Position numbers and translations under genes: made by a program | Assembly: GCA_965116885.1 (NCBI GenBank) | Contig: OZ220741.1 | Location: 2,496,001-2,560,000, forward strand | DNA from: Candidatus Latescibacterota bacterium | Lineage (GTDB): Bacteria; Latescibacterota; UBA2968 | Direction of reading: 5' to 3' | DNA length: 64,000 nucleotides | Shown here: one piece after another, positions 20,816-31,704 of the stretch | How the letters are laid out: every line of letters begins with the position of its first letter | Numbering within the stretch: position 1 is the stretch's first letter | Notes under the pieces: generated by a model | The model's database searches: none | Seen by the model: the letters and a program-made list of their open reading frames with translations, nothing else | Told to the model about the DNA's origin: nothing

Positions 20816-22246
20816 TTAATACCTTCCTATGCGTTCGGGACCGGGGTCGGCGCATACCACGGTGTGGTCGAAGTTTTGTTTTATGAGTTGGTATTTCAGG
20901 TCTGTGTGGGATGGGTCTTCCCAGAGGTTGTGAAATTCATCGGGGTCTTCTTGCAGGTCGTAGAGCTCGCCGTAGTCTTCGTTGTGATAGACGACGAGTT
21001 TGTAGCGGTTGTTGCGCAACATGGTCGCCCAACAGGGTGTGTGTTTTTCAGAGGCGTGTGGGGCGAATTTATCGACGACGTCGTAGTATTCACAGCGCAC
21101 AAATTCGTGGTGCGCGTCCCCGGGATCTTCGCCCGTGAGTATGGGGGTGAGGGATTTGCCGTGTGTCCATTCGAGAGGGATGCCGGCGAGGTCGGCGAGG
21201 GTGGGCGCAATGTCTAAGAGCGCGGTGAGGCCGTCTGCGCGTTGGCCCTGGAGAAAGGTGCCGGGCCACGAGATGATGAGGGGAACCCGCACGAGGGCTT
21301 CGTAGAAACGGCAGCCTTTGCCGGTGAGGCCGTGATCGCCGAGCATTTCGCCGTGGTCGCTCGTGAAGATGACCACGGTGTTTTCGCGTTGGCCCGTGCG
21401 CTCAAGTGCATTGAGCATGCGACCGACGTTTTCGTCGATGAGTGCGATCATGCCGTAGTAAGACGCTTTGTTGTGCTGTTCGCGGTCGCCGGGTGGGTTG
21501 CCTTCTTTGTCTGCGAAAAAGCGTTTGAGCCGCGTTTGTGTTTGCAGGTCGCTTTCGCAAAATAGCGGCGGTGGCAAGTCGGCGGGATTGTATTTGTGCG
21601 TGTCGGGGGCGTCAAAAGGTCCGTGCGGGTCAAAGGGGTTGACGCTCATGAGATAGGGGCCGTCGTGGGGGGATTCGATAAATTCAATGGCGCGGTCCGC
21701 ACACCAGGTGGTCTGGTGGTGTTGGGGATTCATGTCGGGGCGATAGTTGCCGTATGTGCCGTCTTTTTTTGTTTGAAAGACGTCGCCGAGGTCTATGCCC
21801 TGTTCGGTGAGCCAGTCGGTGTACTGGTTGCCGTTTCCGATACCCTGATTGTGTGAGTGGCTATACCAGAATTTGCGATACCCGTCGTCAACGCGTTGTT
21901 CTTCGCCGTTCCAGGCAGAGGCGAGGTGGAGTTTGCCCGATAAACCGCAATCGTATCCGGCATCTGCGAGGCGTTTGGTGATGAGTTGTACGCGTTCATT
22001 TGCCGGGAAATAGGCATTGCCATTGCGATTGCCGTGTACGGTGCTGGGATAAAGCCCGGTGAGAAAGCTGGAGCGACTGGGCGTGCATATCGCGCTCTGG
22101 CAGTGGGCATGTGTGAATGCTACGCCTTCGGCGCAGAGGCGGTCGAGGTTGGGTGTCTGGATGTGTTCATTGCCGAGGGCATGGATGGTGTCATAGCGTT
22201 GTTGATCTGTGCAGATCCAGAGGATGTTGGGGCGTTTTGATGTCAA
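20816..22246 (-). CDS. Sulfatase-like hydrolase
   Basis: RPNILWICTDQQR and CTPSRSSFLTG motifs; TTG start after GAGGAG. Confidence 0.9.
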   Translation of the reverse strand: MTSKRPNILWICTDQQRYDTIHALGNEHIQTPNLDRLCAEGVAFTHAHCQSAICTPSRSSFLTGLYPSTVHGNRNGNAYFPANERVQLITKRLADAGYDCGLSGKLHLASAWNGEEQRVDDGYRKFWYSHSHNQGIGNGNQYTDWLTEQGIDLGDVFQTKKDGTYGNYRPDMNPQHHQTTWCADRAIEFIESPHDGPYLMSVNPFDPHGPFDAPDTHKYNPADLPPPLFCESDLQTQTRLKRFFADKEGNPPGDREQHNKASYYGMIALIDENVGRMLNALERTGQRENTVVIFTSDHGEMLGDHGLTGKGCRFYEALVRVPLIISWPGTFLQGQRADGLTALLDIAPTLADLAGIPLEWTHGKSLTPILTGEDPGDAHHEFVRCEYYDVVDKFAPHASEKHTPCWATMLRNNRYKLVVYHNEDYGELYDLQEDPDEFHNLWEDPSHTDLKYQLIKQNFDHTVVCADPGPERIGRY

Positions 22247-22257
22247 TGGTGGTCTCC

Positions 22258-23679
22258 TCAATCGCGCGCGCCTCTGATAACGCGGCCGTTTTCGGTCCAG
22301 TGATCGCGGTAAAAGGTAATGGGTTCAAAGGTGTCGTTTAGTGCGTCCATGCGCGTCCGAATCTGGTCGCGGTAATGCTGGGTTGTTCTGGCATGGTCAG
22401 GGCTGCTGGCGAGGTTGTGCAATTGCAGGGGGTCTTCGCGGTGATTGTAGAGGGATTCTCCATGTTTTTCAATGGCATAGGTGTATTGTTTGTCGCGCAG
22501 AGCACGCCATTCAAAGCCATCGTCCCAATCGACACTGGGGCCCATGCCCTGTAAGAATGCGGATTCGGGTTCATCTCCATGCTGACCAAGTGCGCAATGG
22601 GAAAGGTCAAATCCATCGATACCATTGGGGATATCGACGTTTAAGAGTGAGAGTAGCGTGGGCATGATATCGGGCGTGTTGAGACAGGCATCGCTTTCGG
22701 ATTTGGGCGCGATGCGATTGGGCCAGCGCATGAGAAAGGGGACGCGAGCGGCTTCTTCATAGTAGATGTTTTTCTGAACGCGACCGTGTGCGCCAAACAT
22801 TTCGCCGTGGTCTGACGTGAAGACGACGAGGGTGTCGTGCGCGAGGTTAAATCTGTCTATCGCGTCTAATATTCGGCCCACGTTCCAGTCGAGGTTGGCA
22901 GTCATAGCGGCATAGATTCGCTGCCATTCAACGAGGTTGGGTTTGACGGATTTCATCCACCAATCGCGGTCGAACCATGCATGCCAGTATTCTCCCGATC
23001 CGTCCCGGTAATTTGGCGGCAGGTCAAAGGCCATGTCTTTGAAGTGCATACCCCATTCTTCGGGGACGTTGTCCCAGTTCCAGGGCTGATGAGGTGTGCC
23101 ATAAGAGACGAAGAGGGCGAAGGGTTCTGGATTTTCGCGCGCGTTTTCGAGATAGGAGATGGCGAGGTCGGTCATGGCATCGGGTTCATAGGCCTGGATG
23201 TCGATGCGTTCAAATTTGTCTTCGTAATAAAATCCCTTGTAATAGCTGTGGTTGAAGTTGTAGGCTGCCCAATAGTGGTCAAATCCCAGTCGGTGCGGGC
23301 CTGGGGGCACGAATTGATTGGCGGGATTCTTGTGAAAATCTCCGGCCTGTTTATAAACTTTGCCTTCGGTTGCGTAAATGTGCCATTTGCCGATGTAGGC
23401 ACAATTCGTGCCGTTCTGCGTCAATGTGCCGGCAAGCGTTGGCAGATCGGTGCGGGCGCCCAATTCGTTCATGACGTAGCCATTGGTGGTGGGATAACAG
23501 CCCGTAAAGAGGGATGCGCGATGCGGGCTGCACACGGGATAGACCGAGGTGGCGTTGACAAAGTTGATGCCTTCAGATGATAGGCGGTCGATATTGGGGG
23601 TGCGGGCGCGGTTGTCACCCATATAGCCACAGGATTGCGGGCGGAGTTGATCGGCGAAGATGTATAGAAGGTTAGACAC
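22258..23679 (-). CDS. Sulfatase
   Basis: CSPHRASLFTG, GKWH and SDHGEM motifs. Confidence 0.9.
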   Translation of the reverse strand: MSNLLYIFADQLRPQSCGYMGDNRARTPNIDRLSSEGINFVNATSVYPVCSPHRASLFTGCYPTTNGYVMNELGARTDLPTLAGTLTQNGTNCAYIGKWHIYATEGKVYKQAGDFHKNPANQFVPPGPHRLGFDHYWAAYNFNHSYYKGFYYEDKFERIDIQAYEPDAMTDLAISYLENARENPEPFALFVSYGTPHQPWNWDNVPEEWGMHFKDMAFDLPPNYRDGSGEYWHAWFDRDWWMKSVKPNLVEWQRIYAAMTANLDWNVGRILDAIDRFNLAHDTLVVFTSDHGEMFGAHGRVQKNIYYEEAARVPFLMRWPNRIAPKSESDACLNTPDIMPTLLSLLNVDIPNGIDGFDLSHCALGQHGDEPESAFLQGMGPSVDWDDGFEWRALRDKQYTYAIEKHGESLYNHREDPLQLHNLASSPDHARTTQHYRDQIRTRMDALNDTFEPITFYRDHWTENGRVIRGARD

Positions 23680-23682
23680 AGA

Positions 23683-24519
23683 TTACGCGCTTTCGTGTTC
23701 TGCCCGCATGGCGTTGAAGAAGCGCACATCAATGCGCGCCAGGTCAATTACGGTTTCTATGGGTTCACCGCTGTATTCGCTGTGGAAACTCACGGGGCCT
23801 TCAAAGTTTAATCGATCCAGTGTTTTTACGACTGCGGGCCAATCGCCAAATCCCTGTCCCAGTCGCATTGTTCCACCTGTGGGCGTCCCCTGTACAGTGC
23901 GTCCCAGAGGTCGCTGGCGAATCAGGTCTTTAAATGCCAGGACTGAGAGATATTCGCGCACGATATCCAGCGCCATTTCTATGGGTTCGCCACATATCGA
24001 CAGGTGTCCCGGGTCGGAAAATACGCCGATGTGTTCGGGGTTGAATCCCTTGACCACGTTCATGACGGCACACGAATTTAATCCCATCGATTTGCCCGAA
24101 TGGTTGTGTACTACGGTTTTTACACCGTGTTTTTCCGACAATTTCTCAAAGCTTTCCATCCAGCCCCGGATTTCATCCAACTGATCCCAGTAGTGTTTGG
24201 CATCCGACCAGTGCCAGTAGCCCAGTTTTACGTGCGCTACGCCGGCTTCGCCCAGCGCGCCGTAATAACGCTCGGCGTAATCGATGTCCGGGCGGCTAAA
24301 ATCGCCGGGGGCTGTTACGAGTGGAATGCACAGGCCCGCGGCTTCAAACTGTTTGGCGGCTTCGGGCAGTGCTTTGTCGATATTGTCTGGATTTACCGGA
24401 TATCCCTCTCGCACACATAAATCCGCGCCCTGTACGCCTACCGATTGGAGAGATTCGATGATTTCGGAAACGTCCAGGCCTTCGAGGTGTTTTGTGAACA
24501 TGATGTAGGTGAGCTTCAT
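23683..24519 (-). CDS. Sugar phosphate isomerase/epimerase (xylose isomerase-like TIM barrel)
   Basis: VHNHSG, DPGH, KD and SFHSEY metal-ligand pattern. Confidence 0.82.
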   Translation of the reverse strand: MKLTYIMFTKHLEGLDVSEIIESLQSVGVQGADLCVREGYPVNPDNIDKALPEAAKQFEAAGLCIPLVTAPGDFSRPDIDYAERYYGALGEAGVAHVKLGYWHWSDAKHYWDQLDEIRGWMESFEKLSEKHGVKTVVHNHSGKSMGLNSCAVMNVVKGFNPEHIGVFSDPGHLSICGEPIEMALDIVREYLSVLAFKDLIRQRPLGRTVQGTPTGGTMRLGQGFGDWPAVVKTLDRLNFEGPVSFHSEYSGEPIETVIDLARIDVRFFNAMRAEHESA

Positions 24520-24734
24520 TTTTTTCCTTTCTCTGGTTTATTGTTTGCATTTGTGAGCACTTCAGGATACGCAATTATGTACCTAAAATCAATGGCGAGT
24601 TGAAAGCTCAAATCTTGACAAGCTGTGAAAAATGTATATGTTGTCGTCAAATTGTTGTGAAAAATGACGACAGGGTAGTCAAAAAACACGGTTTCGCATA
24701 TTTCAGCATCCCGGTACAGAGGTCGTAAAAGGCT

Positions 24735-27700
24735 ATGAAACTCAGTCGCTTTGCCATTTTTAAACCCATCAGTACGATTATGATCGCACTTAGTCTTGTG
24801 GTGATGGGTTTTATTTCACTGTTCAAGTTGCCGCTCGAATATTTGCCCAGCGTGACGTTTCCGGTCCTTTTTGTGTCTATCCGGTATCCCTCTTCGTCCC
24901 CAGAGGAAATCGAACGGTTTATCACGCGCCCAATTGAAGAGATATTGGGCACTATGCCCGGCATTGAAAGTATGGGATCCACATCTAATGAGTCTTCTTC
25001 GACTATTCGTCTGGAATTTGCAATGGATGCGGATATGGATCTCGTCGGTATTCATTTGCGCGATAGGCTCGATCAGGTTCGCGCAGATTTGCCCGATGAC
25101 GTGGATTATATTGGGATTAAAAGTTTTGATACCGAAGATATTCCGGCTCTCGAATATACTGTTTCGTGGCTCGGTGAAGATCCCGAAGATCTCTTCGTGG
25201 TTTATAACCAGCGCCTGTTGCCGCGATTGCAACGGCTCGATGGTGTGGCAAGTGTTGAATTAAGAGGGTTACAGCAAAAAGATCTCCTCGTCGAGGTCAA
25301 TCAGAGCGCTATGACAGCGCACAAACTGGATTTTCGCACCATCAATCGCGCGCTTCGCAGAAATAATATCAATATCTCGGCGGGTTATGTCACCGATGGC
25401 GACAGGCGATTTGCCGTGCGAAGTGTGGGCGAGTTTGAGACCGTTGACCAGATTCGCAACTTGCCCATTCGCGCCAGTCTGACGCTGGCCGATGTTGCAT
25501 CGGTTACTTACGATTATCCCCCTGCTCGTCGATTTGATCGCCTCGATGGCATACCTTCTCTTTATCTTTCTGTGCATAAGTCTTCAACGGCAAATATGGT
25601 CGATGTTTGCAAGCGTGCTCGCGAAGAACTCGTCCGCATCAACGAGGAGGTTGGCAAAGATAATCTTCGAATGCTTCTGGTTCGAGACCAGTCAACTGCT
25701 GTTATTGCCAGTATAACCAGCCTCAGCCAATCGGCGATTATGGGTGGTCTCTTGGCCGTTATTGCCATCTTTATTTTTCTTCGCAACTTCCGCAGTACGC
25801 TCATCATTGGCTCCGCCATTCCAATTAGCGCGCTCACGGTGTTTCTCATGATGTATTTTTTGCGGCAATGGGGCACTGATATCACCTTGAACTTGATTTC
25901 GATGATGGGGCTGATGGTCGCTATTGGGATGCTGGTGGATCCCGCTGTTGTGGCTCTGGAGAATATTTTTCGCAAATGTTTTGATGAAGGTCAGAGTGCA
26001 ACACAGGCAGCGCTTGAGGGCAGTGAGGAAATTGGTCTCCCGGTTCTGGCTGCTACGCTTACTACTGTGTGCGTATTTGTTCCGGTCATTTTTGTGACTG
26101 ATTCGAGTACTTCGCTCTTTATGCGGCAATTCTCTGTGACAGTAGTCGTGTCTGTTATTGCATCTTTTTGTGTCGCGCTTTCCCTGATCCCTTTGGCTGC
26201 ATCTCACGCCTTCAATGAAGGGGGAAAGACGCTTGATCGCATTCTCAAAAGTATTTTGGTGCTCGCAATAAGTGTCGGGGTGGGCGCGTATGTATATTAT
26301 ACGGATTTCAGCAAAATTGATTACGCTGGTTTGTGGGACGCAATTTCGAGTACTATCGCTGCTCTGCCTTTGTTTGCCAAAATTGGTTTTCCTACGATAA
26401 TAGCACTGACGCTTTTTTTGTATTTCCGTTACCGCGCCATTGGTGCCAGAGCACTGTACGCGAGGGTGGTTGCCAATACTTTGCACTATCGCTGGGCAAC
26501 GCTATCCGTTGCGTGCGTTCTTCTCTTTTTGGGCAATCACATCTACGGCAAAATAGAACAAGCACCCTTCCGCTATCAACCCACACGCGCGATCAGGCTG
26601 ACAGTGGAGATGCCGCGCACGTACGATTTGGAGCAGGCGAGTAATACTTTCAAAATAGCCGAAGATATACTCATTCCACTGAAAGAAGAACTCGACATAG
26701 AGGCCATTGCAACGAAGTTTAATACGGGTAATCGCCAGGGAAAGAGAAATGCACTTTTGACCATTTATCTCACGCCTGCAGAAGAGAGTAAGTTGACGAC
26801 AGACGAGGTTCAGCACAGGATCATCGCGCTTCTTCCAAAGGATATTCCCGGTGTGCGTTTCAGATCTCGCGGGGGCAAGTCAGGCGGGACTGCGGGGGTG
26901 GGCGTTGAACTCAAAGGGCGAAAGCAGGAAATTCTGGAGGTTCTGGCCGAGGATATTGAAATGAGTATGCAGGGGATGCCCGGCGTTCACGAGATCGAAA
27001 CCAGCCTTGAGACGGGTATGGAAGAGATTCGCGTGGTTGTAAATCGCGAACGGGCGCAGCGGTATGGCATTTCTCCGCGCGATATTGCCACTAATATTGC
27101 TTCGGCACTCGGGTCTCGCGGGGCTTCACACTTCAAAACACCCGAGGGGGAGATCGATATTACCGTTCAACTCCGCGAAGAAGATCGCGCTACTCTCGAG
27201 CAGATCAAAACAACGGAGTTTGAAAGCGATAAGGGCGGGATGGTCACTTTCTCGAGTCTGGCGGATTTCAATCTCATACAAGGACCCAATGCCATCTCCC
27301 GCGAGGACCGCATGCCCACGCTAACTGTTTTTGCCAATACAGAACAAAAAGCAGTGTTCAGCGTGGGGCAGATTATGAAAGCGCGTATGGAAGATGTGCC
27401 CTTGCCCAAAGGATATACCTATCAGATGGACCGCCGCTTCAAGTCTATGGATGCAGAACAGGATCAAGATTTTGAGACGATGATTTTCGCGTTGATTCTC
27501 ATTTATATTATTATGGCTTCGCTCTTTGAATCCTATGTGCATCCGCTCACCATTATGTTCTGCATTTTCTTCGCGTTCATCGGCGTGGCACTCGGTCTCT
27601 ACACTTTCAAGATCGCTATGGATAGCAATGCCAAATACGGCCTTCTCGTGCTTTTTGGTATTGTGGTGAATAATGGCATTGTTCTGGTCGATCATATCAA

Positions 27701-28004
27701 CAGATACCGAAAACAGGGACTTATTCGCCGCGATGCCATTATCCGCGGTGGGCAAGATCGCCTGCGTCCGATTATGATGACTGCCACTACTACTATCATT
27801 GGTCTGATGCCACTTGTCATTCCGATGCTTTTTGGCCATGCCGAAGGCACAGCCCGCCGCTGGGGTCCCATCGGTCTGGTCGTTGTATCGGGATTGTCTA
27901 TTTCAACCATTCTGACGCTTGTTCTCCTGCCTACGATGTATTCCCTGATGGATGACCTCTCCCAATTTGCCAGGCGCGTTGTCGCGGTGGCGCGTGCGCG
28001 ATAG
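24735..28004 (+). CDS. RND efflux permease (AcrB/AcrD/AcrF family)
   Basis: GMLVDPAVVALENI, GIVVNNGIVLVD and RLRPIMMT motifs. Confidence 0.93.
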   Translation: MKLSRFAIFKPISTIMIALSLVVMGFISLFKLPLEYLPSVTFPVLFVSIRYPSSSPEEIERFITRPIEEILGTMPGIESMGSTSNESSSTIRLEFAMDADMDLVGIHLRDRLDQVRADLPDDVDYIGIKSFDTEDIPALEYTVSWLGEDPEDLFVVYNQRLLPRLQRLDGVASVELRGLQQKDLLVEVNQSAMTAHKLDFRTINRALRRNNINISAGYVTDGDRRFAVRSVGEFETVDQIRNLPIRASLTLADVASVTYDYPPARRFDRLDGIPSLYLSVHKSSTANMVDVCKRAREELVRINEEVGKDNLRMLLVRDQSTAVIASITSLSQSAIMGGLLAVIAIFIFLRNFRSTLIIGSAIPISALTVFLMMYFLRQWGTDITLNLISMMGLMVAIGMLVDPAVVALENIFRKCFDEGQSATQAALEGSEEIGLPVLAATLTTVCVFVPVIFVTDSSTSLFMRQFSVTVVVSVIASFCVALSLIPLAASHAFNEGGKTLDRILKSILVLAISVGVGAYVYYTDFSKIDYAGLWDAISSTIAALPLFAKIGFPTIIALTLFLYFRYRAIGARALYARVVANTLHYRWATLSVACVLLFLGNHIYGKIEQAPFRYQPTRAIRLTVEMPRTYDLEQASNTFKIAEDILIPLKEELDIEAIATKFNTGNRQGKRNALLTIYLTPAEESKLTTDEVQHRIIALLPKDIPGVRFRSRGGKSGGTAGVGVELKGRKQEILEVLAEDIEMSMQGMPGVHEIETSLETGMEEIRVVVNRERAQRYGISPRDIATNIASALGSRGASHFKTPEGEIDITVQLREEDRATLEQIKTTEFESDKGGMVTFSSLADFNLIQGPNAISREDRMPTLTVFANTEQKAVFSVGQIMKARMEDVPLPKGYTYQMDRRFKSMDAEQDQDFETMIFALILIYIIMASLFESYVHPLTIMFCIFFAFIGVALGLYTFKIAMDSNAKYGLLVLFGIVVNNGIVLVDHINRYRKQGLIRRDAIIRGGQDRLRPIMMTATTTIIGLMPLVIPMLFGHAEGTARRWGPIGLVVVSGLSISTILTLVLLPTMYSLMDDLSQFARRVVAVARAR

Positions 28005-28012
28005 GATCGCGG

Positions 28013-29992
28013 ATGATAAAAGTGACTTCGAAGAGCACTGTTCTATCAAAAGTGACGCGGCGGTCGCTTGTAATCGGTCTGGTCATGGCGGCATGGGTCA
28101 ATTTTTGGCCCGTGTACGCGAGTCTGGTGCTGCATTCCACGCGCGCTGACCACGCGCATTTGTCCGTGGCTCTGCTCATTCCGTATTTGTTTTTGCTGGT
28201 GGGCAATCTGTTTCTGGGACGGCGCAGTTTGTCGCCATCTGAGTTGCTGGTCGTGTGTTGCATAGGGATAGTGGCTGCGTGTATGCAGGGGGAGTGGTTG
28301 TCGAATTATTTTCTCGAAGCGCTTACTATGCCGCACTATTTTGCGTCGGCAGAGAATCGGTGGGGCGAGTTGTTGTTGCCTCATTTGCCGGGGTGGGCTG
28401 TGGTAAATGATCGCACGGCTGTGACGCATTTTTATGAGGGTCTCCCGCCCGGGGAAGGGTTTCCGTGGCGTTTGTGGATTGCCCCGCTGTTCTGGTGGGG
28501 CACTTTTTTGGGTGCTATACTGGGTGTTAATCTCTGTTTGAGCGTGATTTTGCGAAAGCAGTGGATGGCACACGAGCGGTTGGCTTTTCCCGTGGCACGC
28601 GCGCTTTTGGAACTGACGGGTGTTTCTGGGACGCGCGGTACGCTTTCCTCTCTGGTGCGGTCGCGTTTTTTTCTGGTGGGGTTTGCGGTCACCTTTCTGC
28701 TTATTTGCTGGTTTATGCTCACCTGGTTTTATGTGGCTGTGCCGCCGCCACCCATTTTGAGTGGAAATTTTGCGTCTAAATTGTTGCCACTTGCGCGGGG
28801 TTTTCCGCCTTTTCAGTTGCGGTTCAGTATTTTGACACTGGTGTTTGGCTATTTCACAAATCTGGAAGTGCTGTTTTCAATCTGGTTTTTTCACTTGCTG
28901 GCTATTGTGCAGGCGGGGGTGTTTAATCGCTTTGGTCTGGAAGTGGGGAGTGTGGATCCGTGGGGGTCTTTTCACGCGGCGGTGGGGTGGCAGAGTTTTG
29001 GGGGGATGATCGTCTTTGTGGGCTGGGGCATGTGGATTGCGCGGTCGCATTTGCGGGATGTTTTTCGCAAAGCGTTCTGGGGCGATGATCGCGTGGATGA
29101 TACAGGGGAATTGATGTCTTATCGAACCTCTGTGTGGATGATGCTGGGCTGTTCTGTATATCTTTTGTTGTGGTTGAAAAGCGCGGGTATGGCCTGGGGA
29201 CCCATTTTGGCATTTTATTTTGCCACGCTGGTTTTGTATTTGGGATTGGCGCGGATTATGGTGGAGAGCGGGCTTATATTTTTGCGCGGGCCGATCACGG
29301 CACAGGCTTTTACCTGGCATTTGTTCGGCGTTTTGGGCATGGGGCCGGGCAGTGCGGTGATTTTGACGCTGACCAATGCGTTTGCCTGCGATGCCAAGAC
29401 GTTTGCGATGACGCCTATGGCGCATGTGCCCAGGTTGGGGATGGCGATAAATCGCAGGTTGCGCAAAGTGCTCGCGCCGGGCGTGATGTTGGGGGCGTTG
29501 ATTGGGGCTGTGACGGCGGTGGGGTTTATTTTGTATTACGGCTATTTCGTGATGGGGAGTTACAACTTTGGGACTGTGAGTTTTCGGGGGATTGGGGCGC
29601 TGAATCTGGCGGGATTTAACCAACTCGCTGTGGGGCGCATTCAAGCCGGGACTATGGGTACGAGTTGGGATCGCATCGGTTTTTTGGGGATTGGTGCCGC
29701 ATTTACGGGTTTGTTGTTTTTCTTGCGGTATCGGTTTCCGGGTTTTCCGCTTCATCCGATTGGATTTACGATTTCAGCTTCTGCACCGCTTCGCAATACG
29801 ACACTGACGATTTTTCTTGTTTGGGCTTTGAAGACGATTGTGTTGCGGCTTGGCGGATTGGAGCGCTATCGCAAGTTGACACCGCTTTTTCTGGGGATGA
29901 TGGTTGCTTATATGGCGGGCACGGCAATCGGTGTTGTTGTGGATTGGATCTGGTTCCGCGGACAGGGGCATATGATCCATGTCGCGTGGTGA
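28013..29992 (+). CDS. Polytopic membrane protein, DUF6785/DUF6784-like putative transporter
   Basis: RKQWMAHERLAFP and FPLHPIGF motifs; many TM segments. Confidence 0.65.
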   Translation: MIKVTSKSTVLSKVTRRSLVIGLVMAAWVNFWPVYASLVLHSTRADHAHLSVALLIPYLFLLVGNLFLGRRSLSPSELLVVCCIGIVAACMQGEWLSNYFLEALTMPHYFASAENRWGELLLPHLPGWAVVNDRTAVTHFYEGLPPGEGFPWRLWIAPLFWWGTFLGAILGVNLCLSVILRKQWMAHERLAFPVARALLELTGVSGTRGTLSSLVRSRFFLVGFAVTFLLICWFMLTWFYVAVPPPPILSGNFASKLLPLARGFPPFQLRFSILTLVFGYFTNLEVLFSIWFFHLLAIVQAGVFNRFGLEVGSVDPWGSFHAAVGWQSFGGMIVFVGWGMWIARSHLRDVFRKAFWGDDRVDDTGELMSYRTSVWMMLGCSVYLLLWLKSAGMAWGPILAFYFATLVLYLGLARIMVESGLIFLRGPITAQAFTWHLFGVLGMGPGSAVILTLTNAFACDAKTFAMTPMAHVPRLGMAINRRLRKVLAPGVMLGALIGAVTAVGFILYYGYFVMGSYNFGTVSFRGIGALNLAGFNQLAVGRIQAGTMGTSWDRIGFLGIGAAFTGLLFFLRYRFPGFPLHPIGFTISASAPLRNTTLTIFLVWALKTIVLRLGGLERYRKLTPLFLGMMVAYMAGTAIGVVVDWIWFRGQGHMIHVAW

Positions 29993-29998
29993 GTGGGC

Positions 29999-30958
29999 CT
30001 ACTTTGCTCTTATCTGTCGGTACAGATTGGGGATTGTCTCCCGGTGGTCACCCTGAATATAATAGCTTTCGCCGCCGTCGCGCACTGTGCGAACGAGGAT
30101 GGTTTTGAAGGGACGGTAGTAGTAGCGGGGGTCGGTTTTGGGAGCTTCGGTGTCGAGGTCGTCGCCGAGGGGGATGAGGTCGAAGACTGCTGTGGTAAAT
30201 TTGGCGATGCTGCGACTTTCCTGGCGGGCGACATTGCGGGCCATGGCGAGGGCTTTGAGATAGACTTCGGGGCCCATGATGGCCGTGCCGATGTTGAGGA
30301 GGACGCCGCCTTCGAGGTGGGAGATGGATTCTGTGAAGATTAAGAAGTCGGTGTAGGTGCTTGCGCCAATTGCGGCACCGTCGCAGTTGGGGTGTTCGTG
30401 GACGATGTCATAACCGATGCTGACGTGTGTGGTGATGGGGATGTTGAGTCGGACTGCAGCGGCAAAAATGCTGATGTCTTTGTGTGGGTAATTGCTTTCG
30501 AGGATGTCGCGTCCGACCGCTTCGCCCAGTCCAATGCCTTTTTGCGCCGCTGTTTGGGCAATGAGGTTGAGGTCGCCGGTTTCGGTCCACAGTCCAAATT
30601 CTCCGGTGCGGATATATTTGCCCACGCTTTCGGTGGTTGCGCCGATGCGGGCAAATTCGTAGTCGTGTATGGCACAGGCGCCATTGCCCGCAATATGGGT
30701 GATGAGGCCGCGTTCCATCAGGTCGATGAGATAGCGCGCGGTGCCAGCGCGAATGACGTGTGCGCCGATCATGAAGATGACCGCGCGATTGTTTTGTCTG
30801 GCGCGTACTATTCGATCAGCGACAATGGGTAGGTTGGGGTTGTCGAAAGGTGGGATCGGCGCGTTGAGGGCGGGGATTTGATCGACTGTGAGGTCGTGTT
30901 CCCGCTGGTTGAGCGGGCGGAGTTTGAGTTTGGAGCGGTCGAAGGTTTTGTAGGGCAT
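29999..30958 (-). CDS. Conserved hypothetical protein (deoxyhypusine-synthase-like fold)
   Basis: GAHVIRAG, HIAGNGACAIHDYE and GTAIMGPEVYLKAL motifs; the fold assignment is an inference. Confidence 0.55.
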   Translation of the reverse strand: MPYKTFDRSKLKLRPLNQREHDLTVDQIPALNAPIPPFDNPNLPIVADRIVRARQNNRAVIFMIGAHVIRAGTARYLIDLMERGLITHIAGNGACAIHDYEFARIGATTESVGKYIRTGEFGLWTETGDLNLIAQTAAQKGIGLGEAVGRDILESNYPHKDISIFAAAVRLNIPITTHVSIGYDIVHEHPNCDGAAIGASTYTDFLIFTESISHLEGGVLLNIGTAIMGPEVYLKALAMARNVARQESRSIAKFTTAVFDLIPLGDDLDTEAPKTDPRYYYRPFKTILVRTVRDGGESYYIQGDHRETIPNLYRQIRAK

Positions 30959-30969
30959 GTTAGGGATTT

Positions 30970-31692
30970 TTAGATGTATTGGTATTCTTTCATCGCGGGA
31001 TGCAAAAACTCAAAGTCATGGACGCCATCATCGGTTTTCCATCTGCCCACGGAATCGGGGCGTACGATTACTTTGCCCAATGGAAATCCGAGGAATGCCT
31101 CTAACCGAGCAAATGTCTCATCCTGATTTAATATCGCATCCTCAAATCGCACGGTGATACAGTGTTTGGGCACGGGCGTGGATTTCATGATTTCGTACTG
31201 ATACAACCAGGAAATCGCCCGTCGCTCGCGTATGTCATCTGTTTGCGGATATTGAATGTCGAAGTCGCGCAGATCATCTGTTTTGTGCCCACTCAAAATA
31301 CAATCGCGCGGGTCGCGCACCCAGTGAATATATTTGGCATCGGGAAACATGCGCACGATCCACGGATAGACCAGTGTGGTTTCGGGCAATTTCCATCCGT
31401 AGTTCTCATACCGGCTTCTGGGGGGCAGCACGTCTTGCAAATAGGTTTCGACGAGGTGGATAAATTCGGGATCGATGTCCATGGTGTGCAGGTCATCAAA
31501 ATCCCACGATAGATCGCCATTCCATTTCACGTATTTTGCCATTACGCGGCACGCATCGTACAGCGCCTGGGGAGGCATTTTATCGCCCGATGCATTGATC
31601 AAGCGTCCCATGTACATACCGCTGGCATAGAGCGTGTGCGAGATCAATCGCGTGCCCGAATGCCCACGTCCGATAACCGTGACTAACGACAA
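30970..31692 (-). CDS. Sulfotransferase family protein
   Basis: GRGHSGT 5'-PSB, WKLPE, VRDPRDCILS 3'-PB and RFED motifs. Confidence 0.85.
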   Translation of the reverse strand: MSLVTVIGRGHSGTRLISHTLYASGMYMGRLINASGDKMPPQALYDACRVMAKYVKWNGDLSWDFDDLHTMDIDPEFIHLVETYLQDVLPPRSRYENYGWKLPETTLVYPWIVRMFPDAKYIHWVRDPRDCILSGHKTDDLRDFDIQYPQTDDIRERRAISWLYQYEIMKSTPVPKHCITVRFEDAILNQDETFARLEAFLGFPLGKVIVRPDSVGRWKTDDGVHDFEFLHPAMKEYQYI

Positions 31693-31704
31693 GGTTCTAC
31701 CTCC